27,837 nt of DNA from a virus (lineage: Duplodnaviria > Caudoviricetes), in IMG/VR virus record IMGVR_UViG_3300030372_000520, positions 1 through 27,837 of that record, one strand, 5' to 3'. The notes below the pieces were generated by a model that worked only from the letters and a program-made list of their open reading frames with translations, had not been told where the DNA came from and did no database searches. Shown one piece after another: positions 8,817-16,443 of the stretch. How positions within the stretch are numbered: position 1 is the stretch's first letter; every line of letters begins with the position of its first letter. Position numbers and translations under genes: made by a program.

Positions 8817-8937
8817 TACATTTGTTTATAGAGAGAAGAAAGTAAAAAGAAGAAAAGGAGTACATGCAAAATCAAAAACATCAAGTTTAAAAGGTTCTAA
8901 AAATTATCAAAAAAAATATAGAGGTCAAGGAAGATGA
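8803..8937 (+). CDS. Small highly basic protein, 44 aa, ending KKYRGQGR
   Basis: MARGNTFVYREKKVKRRKGVHAKSKTSSLKGSKNYQKKYRGQGR. ATGA-coupled to the next gene. The YRGQG[KR] ending is familiar from aquatic phage small proteins. Confidence 0.7.
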   Translation: MARGNTFVYREKKVKRRKGVHAKSKTSSLKGSKNYQKKYRGQGR

Positions 8938-9401
8938 AAAATTTACTATTAATTAGAGATACATTCAATGAAAAATCAACTTTAGGTAAATTATATCTAA
9001 ATGGTGAGTTTGTTGGACATACAGCAGAACTACCCTTTAAAGATAACCAAAGAAGTATAAGCTGTATACCGCAAGGTGTTTATACTTGCAGTATAAGACA
9101 AGGAGAACAAAGTAAAAGCTATAATTACGAACACCTTATTGTTGATAAAGTGCCAGATAGAGATTTTATTCTGTTCCACGTTGGAAACAACCCACAAAAA
9201 GACAGTAAAGGTTGCATACTTTTAGGCAATTATAGGAGTGATGACGAAGTACAAGTTTTTGAAAGTAGAAAATGTTTTAATACATTTATGGAATTACTAA
9301 AATGTTATTGCAAAAAAAACTGTAATAAAACTATCTGTATTAGTGATATAGGCAAATGCTGTTGTAGTAATAAAATAAGTTTAATAATCAAAAATAGATA
9401 A
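8934..9401 (+). CDS. DUF5675-like protein, candidate endolysin (L,D-transpeptidase-like His/Cys motif)
   Basis: 'STLGKLY...TAELP...SISCIPQGVY...VPDRDFILFHVGN...DSKGCILLG'. Flanked by two membrane-protein genes. Confidence 0.7.
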   Translation: MKNLLLIRDTFNEKSTLGKLYLNGEFVGHTAELPFKDNQRSISCIPQGVYTCSIRQGEQSKSYNYEHLIVDKVPDRDFILFHVGNNPQKDSKGCILLGNYRSDDEVQVFESRKCFNTFMELLKCYCKKNCNKTICISDIGKCCCSNKISLIIKNR

Positions 9402-9402
9402 G

Positions 9403-9582
9403 ATGAAAAATTACATAATTTTCGCTATGCTAAAATCTAAAAAATTTTGGTATACTATTGGTGCTATCATAGTACCTGTTATTGCTAGAAATTTAGGACT
9501 TGATGAAGCAGAAGTAAACAAAGTATTTATTGCTATTGTTACTTTAATTGTAGGTCAAGGAATAGCTGACAGCAATAAATAA
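9403..9582 (+). CDS. Putative holin, 59 aa, two transmembrane segments
   Basis: MKNYIIFAMLKSKKFWYTIGAIIVPVIARNLGLDEAEVNKVFIAIVTLIVGQGIADSNK. 'SKKFW...GQGIAD' pattern of small phage holins. Confidence 0.65.
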   Translation: MKNYIIFAMLKSKKFWYTIGAIIVPVIARNLGLDEAEVNKVFIAIVTLIVGQGIADSNK

Positions 9583-10313
9583 TGACTAACCCTCAATTTA
9601 GGTTAAACCCTAAAGAAATACAAGTTGTAAAAGATTTGCGAAAACCTAAAACAAGAAGGTTGATTATAGGAGATATACATTTGCCATATACTCACCCAGA
9701 TTATTTAGATTTTTGCATTTCTATTTACAACAAATATTTGTGTAACGCTGTATCTTGTACTGGCGATATAATAGATTCACATTTCGCTTCATTTCATCAC
9801 ACAAATACAAATACTCATGGGGCAAAATACGAGTTAGACATGGCGATTGAACAAATGAAAGAGTGGAATAAAGCGTTTCCTAAAGTAGATGTAACGATAG
9901 GCAATCATGATTTAATCGTACATCGTAAAGCAGAAGACGGAGGTATAGATAAACGCTGGATTAGAGATTTTAACGAGGTTTTAGGTTGTCCAGGTTGGAA
10001 TTTTGAAGAACAGTTTGTACATGACGAAGTTTTATATGTTCATGGTACAGGGTGTAGTGGTAAAGGTATAATGAAGCGTGTACAAAACTGGGGTAAATCT
10101 ATGGTTCAAGGTCATATACACACACAAAGTTTTGTGGATTGGACAGCTTCTCTTAATGATCTTAAATTTGGTGTTCAAGTACCTTGTGGTATTGATTACA
10201 AATCTTGGGCGTACTCATACGCTAAATTTCATACAGCTAAACCTGTGCTGGGTTGTGCAGTTATTTTAGATAATGGTAGATTACCTATAATAGAACCTAT
10301 GCAATTAAGATAA
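9582..10313 (+). CDS. Calcineurin-like metallophosphoesterase
   Basis: All five motifs present: GDIH, GDIID, GNHD, VHG, GHIH. Confidence 0.9.
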   Translation: MTNPQFRLNPKEIQVVKDLRKPKTRRLIIGDIHLPYTHPDYLDFCISIYNKYLCNAVSCTGDIIDSHFASFHHTNTNTHGAKYELDMAIEQMKEWNKAFPKVDVTIGNHDLIVHRKAEDGGIDKRWIRDFNEVLGCPGWNFEEQFVHDEVLYVHGTGCSGKGIMKRVQNWGKSMVQGHIHTQSFVDWTASLNDLKFGVQVPCGIDYKSWAYSYAKFHTAKPVLGCAVILDNGRLPIIEPMQLR

Positions 10314-10324
10314 CAACCTATTAT

Positions 10325-10455
10325 ATGATTAAAATTCTATTAATCATAACAACAACGTAACAACAAAGTAACACAACTTAATAATTAAAGAACTATATAT
10401 ATATATTAGTATTTTATAGTAGTATATTATTATATATATTATTATTATTTATTAT
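10325..10455. other. Candidate replication origin (inverted repeat, iteron-like repeats, AT-rich element)
   Basis: ATGATTAA/TTAATCAT inverted repeat (10325-10347). Tandem ATAACAACAAC, GTAACAACAAA, GTAACACAAC (10346-10377). Then a nearly pure A/T tract with a (TA)n run. Largest non-coding region of the genome. Confidence 0.5.
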
Positions 10456-10507
10456 TGTTAATAACTATGTTAATAAAGTTTTGTTAATTGTTTTTGTTTA
10501 ATTAACA
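10456..10507. promoter_or_regulatory. Cluster of TGTTAATAA-type (DnaA-box-like) sites
   Basis: TGTTAATAA at 10456 and 10468, TGTTAATTG at 10482, inverted TAATTAACA at 10499-10507. The reverse complement TTATTAACA is one mismatch from TTATNCACA. Confidence 0.5.
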
Positions 10508-10524
10508 TTTTATTATTATATTAG
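10493..10524 (+). promoter_or_regulatory. Host-type (Bacteroidota primary sigma) early promoter
   Basis: TTTG(10493-10496)-N20-TATATTAG(10517-10524) versus consensus TTTG-N19-21-TAnnTTTG, one mismatch. Heads the early gene block. Confidence 0.65.
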
Positions 10525-10569
10525 CTATGTAATTCAATAAAAAATTAAACAGAATTACAACAAATACAA

Positions 10570-10743
10570 ATGGACTTAAATAAATGTATCTTGGTATCTG
10601 GAAAATTTTTATTAACCTTTAATGTTTTCTTTTTATTAGCTGGAGTTTATTTTACTTACTTAATAATGAAGTGGAATAGCAAAAGAATAATTAAAAAAAT
10701 AAAAAGACAATATTATACAAATAATTATAATTATGAAGTTTAA
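10570..10743 (+). CDS. Small single-pass membrane protein, 57 aa
   Basis: MDLNKCILVSGKFLLTFNVFFLLAGVYFTYLIMKWNSKRIIKKIKRQYYTNNYNYEV. A-rich leader. First ORF after the early promoter. Confidence 0.55.
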   Translation: MDLNKCILVSGKFLLTFNVFFLLAGVYFTYLIMKWNSKRIIKKIKRQYYTNNYNYEV

Positions 10744-11071
10744 TATTAAAAGAGAATACACAGAAGAAATAGATCTAGAATTACCAGTGTGCTTTGTAGA
10801 AGAAAAAGAATACTTTAAAACTGTATATTTATTGACAAATATTGACAATAATAAATTTGAAGGTATTACTGTTAATTTTTTTAGAGAAGAAAAAAAATCA
10901 AATTGGTACTTTTCAGGAATAAGAAAAGGTCTTATATTTGATAGTGAAGTAAAACAATTTCTTAACGGTGATTTTATAGCACAAAAAACAAACTACTTTA
11001 CGCTTACTATGAAAGAAGTAGCTAAAGGTATGGAGAATATTGCAGATGAATTAAAAACAATTTTAAAATAG
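10733..11071 (+). CDS. Hypothetical protein
   Basis: 112 aa ORF in the early block, no recognised motif. Confidence 0.7.
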   Translation: MKFNIKREYTEEIDLELPVCFVEEKEYFKTVYLLTNIDNNKFEGITVNFFREEKKSNWYFSGIRKGLIFDSEVKQFLNGDFIAQKTNYFTLTMKEVAKGMENIADELKTILK

Positions 11072-11085
11072 ATAAAAGTTAAATT

Positions 11086-11508
11086 ATGAGTAAAAATAGT
11101 AAAATAGAATCAATAGAATTAAAAAGCGATTTTGAAACAAAGTTCGGTACTATGTATAGCCACCACATTAAATTTGAAAACGGAGACGAAGGACAAATAA
11201 ATACAAAAACTTCAGAACCAAATTTTAAAGTAGGTGATAGTATGGATTATGAAATTACAGAAACCCAGTATGGTTTTAAAGTTAAAAGAGCATATATGCA
11301 AAATAATAGTGGTGGTGGTTTTAGTCAACCTAACCCAGATAGAGACGCTAGGATCTGTAGACAAAATGCTTTAACGAATGCAGTAAGTTATTATAATAAT
11401 TGTAGTGGTATAACAAATGAAGTAGCTACACCTAAAGAAATAATAGACTTAGCAGAAGAATTTAGCAACTGGACTTGTAACGGAGAAAAGAAACAAAACC
11501 CATTTTAG
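11086..11508 (+). CDS. Putative single-stranded DNA-binding protein
   Basis: OB-fold-like beta N-domain ('FENGDEG...FKVGDSMDYE'), Gly-rich linker, helical 'ICRQNAL..AV' domain, C-terminal 'NPF' resembling SSB tips. Confidence 0.5.
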   Translation: MSKNSKIESIELKSDFETKFGTMYSHHIKFENGDEGQINTKTSEPNFKVGDSMDYEITETQYGFKVKRAYMQNNSGGGFSQPNPDRDARICRQNALTNAVSYYNNCSGITNEVATPKEIIDLAEEFSNWTCNGEKKQNPF

Positions 11509-11512
11509 TAAT

Positions 11513-11594
11513 AAGTGTAGGTGAGTTTGAACGTTAGTATTTTGATTTGGTGGCTTAACACCACAACTACCTTTAAATAGTTATAAAAACACTT
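11513..11594 (+). ncRNA. Candidate structured intergenic RNA element
   Basis: Nested helices: AAGUGU/ACACUU, AGGUgAGUU/AACUACCU, UGGUG-GCUUAA-CACCA. No family recognised. Confidence 0.3.
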
Positions 11595-11618
11595 TAACAG
11601 CACTTTAAATAAATAAAC

Positions 11619-11789
11619 ATGAAATACACTAAAGAACAAAAAGAAAATTTAAAAGAATATAATAAGCTAAACCAATGGTTTAAAAATCATTGTACTAAAA
11701 CTGGTACAAACCCAGTAGCAGATTATAAATACAAAAACAAATACGAATACAAAAAACCAACGGAAGCTGGTATAGAAATAACTAAATAA
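11619..11789 (+). CDS. Hypothetical protein, 56 aa
   Basis: MKYTKEQKENLKEYNKLNQWFKNHCTKTGTNPVADYKYKNKYEYKKPTEAGIEITK. A-rich leader (AAATAAATAAAC-ATG). Confidence 0.65.
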   Translation: MKYTKEQKENLKEYNKLNQWFKNHCTKTGTNPVADYKYKNKYEYKKPTEAGIEITK

Positions 11790-11791
11790 AT

Positions 11792-11857
11792 ATGGAGGCA
11801 ATAACATTTGGAATAATAATATTCACATTTTTAGCACTAATAATAATATCAATATGA
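11792..11857 (+). CDS. Hydrophobic micropeptide, 21 aa (MEAITFGIIIFTFLALIIISI)
   Basis: Fills the gap exactly: starts 2 nt after the upstream stop and is ATGA-coupled to the next ORF. Confidence 0.45.
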   Translation: MEAITFGIIIFTFLALIIISI

Positions 11858-12006
11858 GTTCAGAAATAAAATTAATAAGCACATTGCAAAAAGATAACGA
11901 ATCTTTAAGAGATGAAAACAGAGAGCTTAAAAAAGAATTAGAATCTTATAAAAGAAAAAAAAGATTTTGGCAGTTTACTTTCTCTATTAGAAATATATTT
12001 AAATGA
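11854..12006 (+). CDS. Small coiled-coil protein, 50 aa
   Basis: MSSEIKLISTLQKDNESLRDENRELKKELESYKRKKRFWQFTFSIRNIFK. ATGA overlaps at both ends. Confidence 0.6.
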   Translation: MSSEIKLISTLQKDNESLRDENRELKKELESYKRKKRFWQFTFSIRNIFK

Positions 12007-12209
12007 TATATAAACAGGAAAAATATTACAAGGTAGATACTGGCGGACATGGTAATTGTATTAAACATGGTCACCATTTGAAAAAACTAGGTTTTAAATA
12101 CAGAGTAATAAGGCAAAACGGTTTTAGTTATGACTATGATCTATTTGCTAATATTGACAAAAAAGAATTTAAAAACATAATTAATAATATAAATAAAGAT
12201 GAGCAGTAA
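12003..12209 (+). CDS. Hypothetical protein
   Basis: 68 aa, coupled to its neighbours. Confidence 0.65.
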   Translation: MIYKQEKYYKVDTGGHGNCIKHGHHLKKLGFKYRVIRQNGFSYDYDLFANIDKKEFKNIINNINKDEQ

Positions 12210-12402
12210 AGAAAGACAATTTAAAAATATACATGATATAAATACTTTTCAGTGTGTAGAAAATGAAGTTTATTTAGGTGGCACAGATGAAAATGGCGAA
12301 GACATTACAATAGTTTTTAGCACTTTTGAACTATTAGAGTGGTTAGAAATTAGCTATATGAAAGAACAATTAATAAAATATATTAACGAATTAAATGAAT
12401 AA
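12199..12402 (+). CDS. Hypothetical protein
   Basis: 67 aa acidic ORF overlapping its neighbours. Confidence 0.7.
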   Translation: MSSKERQFKNIHDINTFQCVENEVYLGGTDENGEDITIVFSTFELLEWLEISYMKEQLIKYINELNE

Positions 12403-12865
12403 TATGAAAGAAGATGTACAAGTTTTGTTAGATAACAAAGTAAAAGAAATTATAGGAACCGTTGAAACTTTAAGAGGTTTGAGAAAAGGATCTTTAAACT
12501 CTAAAAGCAGAAGGTTAAGCGTAGCTTTACCCAGGCAGGTAGTTAGTAATTTTTTAATGAATGAGTTAAGCGTAAAAATTGGCTTAATGAATAGATATAT
12601 AAATAGAGATAGGACTAATTTTTATTATATGCAAGAATTACATGAAAAGGTAATAAAAAACTTTCACTTTTACCCAGAATACCACAAATTATACCACCAG
12701 CTAAAAGCTATATATTATGGTAATAATAAAAAGGTAGCTAAAAAACATTTGGCTTTAGTTATGGAGTTAAAACAAAAAAAAGAAAAACAGGTTGCTTTAG
12801 CAAATGATATACAAAAGCTAGAAGACCAAATTAATGTAGAACTTTTAAAAACTAAATTATGCTAA
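12395..12865 (+). CDS. DnaA domain IV (Bac_DnaA_C)-like DNA-binding protein with C-terminal coiled coil
   Basis: 'LNSKSRRLSVALPRQVV...NRDRTNFYY' aligns by eye with E. coli DnaA domain IV 'LLSKRRSRSVARPRQMA...GRDHTTVLH'. Confidence 0.65.
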   Translation: MNNMKEDVQVLLDNKVKEIIGTVETLRGLRKGSLNSKSRRLSVALPRQVVSNFLMNELSVKIGLMNRYINRDRTNFYYMQELHEKVIKNFHFYPEYHKLYHQLKAIYYGNNKKVAKKHLALVMELKQKKEKQVALANDIQKLEDQINVELLKTKLC

Positions 12866-13236
12866 CAAACTTTGAAGAACAAACCCACGAACTAAAACCA
12901 GAAGAAAAAAAACTAATACCAATTATAACCAAAAAATTAAACGAAAGAGTAGGCAAAGACAGGGCTATGTCAAGTACTTACATTTGTAGCAAAATAGATT
13001 ATCACTTAAAATACAAATTAACAAAACCTAGATTAAGAAAAATTATACATTATATTAGGGTTAAAAATAAGATAGTGTTTTTATGTGGCACAAACAAAGG
13101 TTATTATATAGCTAAAAATAAAGAGGAGTTTGAGGAGTGGTTACAAAGCTACGAGCAAAGAATAAGATCCATGCTAGAAGTATTTGAAGCTGGACAAAAA
13201 CAGTTAGAATTTCAAGACAAGTATAGTCAAGTATGA
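12859..13236 (+). CDS. Winged helix-turn-helix DNA-binding protein
   Basis: 'SSTYIC...LTKPRLRKIIHYIR...LCGTNKGYYIA' (helix-turn-helix plus GY wing), then a helical tail. Confidence 0.6.
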   Translation: MLTNFEEQTHELKPEEKKLIPIITKKLNERVGKDRAMSSTYICSKIDYHLKYKLTKPRLRKIIHYIRVKNKIVFLCGTNKGYYIAKNKEEFEEWLQSYEQRIRSMLEVFEAGQKQLEFQDKYSQV

Positions 13237-13499
13237 AAAAACACACTAAGTTAGTTATGGACTTTTACAACTATGGAATAGACGACATTATACTTTGCGG
13301 TAATTGTAAAGACGTTGCAGTAGATGTTCACCATATAGACAGTAGGGGTATGGGCGGTAGCAAGTGTAAAGATTATATAGAAAACTTAATACCTCTTTGT
13401 AGGACTTGCCATGACATAGCGCACAATAATAAAGATTTTAATAATAAATTAAAAATTATTAACTTACAAAATATTTTAACAAAACTATTTGAACAATGA
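13233..13499 (+). CDS. HNH endonuclease family protein
   Basis: CxxC...VDVHHI...NLIPLCRTCHDIAH. Confidence 0.85.
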   Translation: MKKHTKLVMDFYNYGIDDIILCGNCKDVAVDVHHIDSRGMGGSKCKDYIENLIPLCRTCHDIAHNNKDFNNKLKIINLQNILTKLFEQ

Positions 13500-14122
13500 A
13501 GGGTTGGATTAAATTACATAGAAGAATTTTAGACAACGGAATTATACAAGACGCAGATTTGACAAGAATGTTTGTATGGTGTATATTAAAAGCTAATCAT
13601 ACTAAAAAAGATTTTTTAGACACTAAAATAGATATAGGTAGTTTTGCAACTGGTAGAATAACTGGTAGTGAAGAACTAAATATGAAACCCAGTACATTTT
13701 ATAAAAAATTAAATCAATTACAAAAAAGAGGGTATATAAAACTAGAAGCTAATAAAAAATTTACTTTAGTTAATGTTTGCAACTATAACCACTACCAAAT
13801 AGAAAATGAAAAAGCACCTACTGAAACTATTGATAAAAGAAAGAATAAATTTAAAGAGCAAATAAAAGAATATATACAAGAAGTGCCAAAGCATATTTTA
13901 ACAGAATTTTTTAACTATTGGACGGAAACAAATAAAAGTGGTACTAAAATGAGGTTTGAACTTGAAAAAACCTATGATGTAAAAAGACGTTTAAAAACAT
14001 GGATTAAAAATACATCTAAATTTACTGGCAAACCAATAGGGTTACAACAACATAACCAATATCAAAAAAGAAATAAATACAGTAAAGGCAGTGGCACTAA
14101 TCAAATAGGCAAAATATTTTAA
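13496..14122 (+). CDS. Phage replication initiator / replisome organiser
   Basis: N-terminal 'GWIKLHRRI' winged-helix domain ending 'VCNYNHYQ'. C-terminal 'EFFNYWTE...KMRFE...RRLKTW' helical domain. Confidence 0.75.
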   Translation: MKGWIKLHRRILDNGIIQDADLTRMFVWCILKANHTKKDFLDTKIDIGSFATGRITGSEELNMKPSTFYKKLNQLQKRGYIKLEANKKFTLVNVCNYNHYQIENEKAPTETIDKRKNKFKEQIKEYIQEVPKHILTEFFNYWTETNKSGTKMRFELEKTYDVKRRLKTWIKNTSKFTGKPIGLQQHNQYQKRNKYSKGSGTNQIGKIF

Positions 14123-14508
14123 TGGGCTTTAAATTAAACAAAAGTAATATTTCAATAAATATACAGCCAGTGGCTAAACCTAGAATGACAAGAAGCGATA
14201 GGTGGAGAAAAAGAACAGTTGTACTTAAATACTGGAAATTTAAAGATTCACTAAAAGAAAAAGCAGAACAAAAAAATTGGGATCTGTCAAAAGATATTAC
14301 AATTTATTTTAGTATAGCTATGCCGAAAAGCTGGAGTAAGAAAAAGAAAAAACAAATGAACAAGCAACCACATCAACAAAAACCAGACATAGACAATTTA
14401 ATAAAATCTGTATTAGATAGCTTGGCTGAAGAAGATAGTTATATTTATAGCGTTAAAGCTGTAAAGTCATGGTCTGAAAAAGGCAACGTCTGCATTATCA
14501 ATAATTAA
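14122..14508 (+). CDS. rusA: RusA-family Holliday junction resolvase
   Basis: 'PVAKPR', 'MPKSWSKKKK', 'KPDIDNLIKSVLDSL..ED..I'. Confidence 0.9.
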   Translation: MGFKLNKSNISINIQPVAKPRMTRSDRWRKRTVVLKYWKFKDSLKEKAEQKNWDLSKDITIYFSIAMPKSWSKKKKKQMNKQPHQQKPDIDNLIKSVLDSLAEEDSYIYSVKAVKSWSEKGNVCIINN

Positions 14509-14519
14509 GTGTTAATAAC
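14495..14519. promoter_or_regulatory. DnaA-box-like pair upstream of the sigma-like gene
   Basis: TTATCAATA (14495-14503) and TGTTAATAAC (14510-14519). The latter is identical to 10456-10465. Confidence 0.4.
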
Positions 14520-14568
14520 TTTTTAGCTTGATCTAAAAAAATACTTTTTAAAATTACTAACTTTTTAT

Positions 14569-15117
14569 GTGAATATTAACAAACTTATAACAAAAACGTA
14601 TGATAAACTTTATAATGTGGCTTTGCAAGTATCAAACGAAAAAGACGCAAACGAGTTATTACATGAAGCGTTATTAGTTGTATTAGAGTATAAAGAAAAA
14701 GGTAAAGCTGATAAACTAAAAGATCTTAATACTAAAAGCATATTGTTTTTTGTTAGTAGAATCATGGTTAATATGTACCATAGTAATACAAGTAGGTATT
14801 ATTATAAATACAGAAAGTTTTACAAACATATAGTAATAGGTAAAGACCGAGATAGTATTAATGGTGATAAATTTATATTTAATAATAAAGAGGGTAAAGA
14901 GTTAATAGAAAAAAAACTAGAGTTTATAGATAGCACTTTAAAAACTTTATATTGGTATGATAGAGAATTATTTAGACTTTATTTTTTTGGTGAAAAAGAC
15001 GGTAGGCAGTATTCTTTAACTTCTTTAGCAAAGAAAACTGGTATTAGCAGAAATAGTATTTTTAATACTATAAAGAATGTTAAACAGATAATTAAAAAGA
15101 AGTATTATGATTTATAA
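14569..15117 (+). CDS. Sigma70/ECF-like transcription factor
   Basis: Region-2-like 'YDKLYNVA...DANELLHEALL...FFVSRIMVN' and region-4-like 'LKTLYWYDRELFRLYF...YSLTSLAKKTGISRNSIFNTIK'. The GTG start is uncertain. Confidence 0.75.
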   Translation: MNINKLITKTYDKLYNVALQVSNEKDANELLHEALLVVLEYKEKGKADKLKDLNTKSILFFVSRIMVNMYHSNTSRYYYKYRKFYKHIVIGKDRDSINGDKFIFNNKEGKELIEKKLEFIDSTLKTLYWYDRELFRLYFFGEKDGRQYSLTSLAKKTGISRNSIFNTIKNVKQIIKKKYYDL

Positions 15118-15328
15118 AGATTTAAAAAGATTAATTGATTATCAAATACCCATAATAGAAATATTAAACGAATATGGGGAAACTGAATACATAATTAATT
15201 TAGACAATTTAGATTTTAAAGACATAATAATATTAAATGATGATAAGAACCAATACTACGGAAAGGTGGTATTACAATACAAAGAACATGGAAAACCGAA
15301 AACCTACTTTATTACGAAAATTGATTAA
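15107..15328 (+). CDS. Hypothetical protein
   Basis: 73 aa ORF overlapping the sigma stop. Confidence 0.55.
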   Translation: MIYKDLKRLIDYQIPIIEILNEYGETEYIINLDNLDFKDIIILNDDKNQYYGKVVLQYKEHGKPKTYFITKID

Positions 15329-15521
15329 CTTTACAACAGCTTATGTTAAATACGCTTTTAGTGGCTTTAAAGAAGTTGGTGTAGATACTTATATGAAAAG
15401 ATTAGACACTTGTTTAAATTGCGACCATTTGGCTACTCTTAACGAGTGTGCTGTATGTGGTTGTCCAGTATTTGACAAAGCTAAAATGGACACTGAAAAA
15501 TGCCCTTTAAATAAATGGTAA
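15288..15521 (+). CDS. Cys-rich zinc-binding protein (DUF6171-like)
   Basis: 'RLDTCLNC...CAVCGC...K.....CPLNKW'. Start more likely ATG 15288 than 15237. Confidence 0.65.
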   Translation: MENRKPTLLRKLINFTTAYVKYAFSGFKEVGVDTYMKRLDTCLNCDHLATLNECAVCGCPVFDKAKMDTEKCPLNKW

Positions 15522-15724
15522 TTACAAAAGAACAGTTAAAAAGATTAAAAGAATTAATACCACATATAAAAAAAGGTACTGCAACAGATATTTCATATAA
15601 AACTAAAATGATAGATTTGTACAATGAAATATACAAAACGAAATACAGAAACACAACTAATTGTAGTAGTTGTTTAAATTCTATTTGGACATCTTTAATA
15701 CACTTAAATAAAAAGTATGATTAA
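15515..15724 (+). CDS. Hypothetical protein with CxxC
   Basis: 'LYNEIYKTK...TNCSSCL'. Confidence 0.65.
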   Translation: MVITKEQLKRLKELIPHIKKGTATDISYKTKMIDLYNEIYKTKYRNTTNCSSCLNSIWTSLIHLNKKYD

Positions 15725-16439
15725 AAAAATTAAAGTATCAGAATTAAAAGCTAATAAAGAAAACCCCAGAACTATTAGCAAAGAAAAGTTTAATAAACTA
15801 AAAAAAAGTATCAAAAACTTCCCTAAAATGTTAAAGCTACGGCCTATTGTTATTGATGATAATAATATAGTTTTAGGTGGCAATATGAGGTTAAAAGCTT
15901 TAAAAAGTTTAGGTATAAAAGAAACTTGGTATGTAAAAGCAAGTGATTTAAACGAAGAAGAAAAAGAACAATTTATTATTAAAGATAATATCGGTTTTGG
16001 CGATTGGGATTGGGATATTTTGGCTAACCAGTGGAACTATGAAAGTTTAAAAGATTGGGGCGTAAATGTACCTACTATAAAAAACACAGAATTATTATCT
16101 GGTTTAAAGTATGAGCCAATATATTATGAACCTAAAAATAAACCAGAAATAAAATTAAATAATTGTGTAGATTTAAATAAATTTAATGAAAAAATAAAAG
16201 CGTTAGACGAATATAAGTTAAGCAATAAACAAAAAGACATTTTAAAATTATTTGCTTATAGATTTATTAAAATAGATTTTGAAAGTGTTGCTAATTATTA
16301 TTTTTTTAATGCAAGTGAAGAAGAAAAAAAAGCAATAGAAAGATTAAGATTAGTTTTAACAGATAACGGTTTAAATGGTTTTATACAAGACGATTTAATT
16401 AAAATATTAAATTTTACAGATGATGAAATAAATACTTAA
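15717..16439 (+). CDS. ParB/Srx N-terminal domain fused to an uncharacterised helical domain
   Basis: 'NPRTISKEKF..LKKSI..FP.ML.LRPIVID....VLGGNMRLKA...IIKDN..FGDWD'. C-domain 'PIYYEPK...AYRF...DFESVANYY...ERLRLV'. Confidence 0.8.
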   Translation: MIKKIKVSELKANKENPRTISKEKFNKLKKSIKNFPKMLKLRPIVIDDNNIVLGGNMRLKALKSLGIKETWYVKASDLNEEEKEQFIIKDNIGFGDWDWDILANQWNYESLKDWGVNVPTIKNTELLSGLKYEPIYYEPKNKPEIKLNNCVDLNKFNEKIKALDEYKLSNKQKDILKLFAYRFIKIDFESVANYYFFNASEEEKKAIERLRLVLTDNGLNGFIQDDLIKILNFTDDEINT

Positions 16440-16443
16440 TATA

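Noticed and set aside
10321-10520. CRISPR mini-array
   Set aside because: Repeats are 9-11 nt and tandem, with no spacer-sized unique sequence.
11513-11594. tRNA or known self-cleaving ribozyme
   Set aside because: No cloverleaf or T-loop, and no CUGANGA/GAAA hammerhead core.
15717-16100. Plasmid-prophage partition system
   Set aside because: Only the ParB N-terminal domain is present. No ParA, ParB HTH or parS array was seen.
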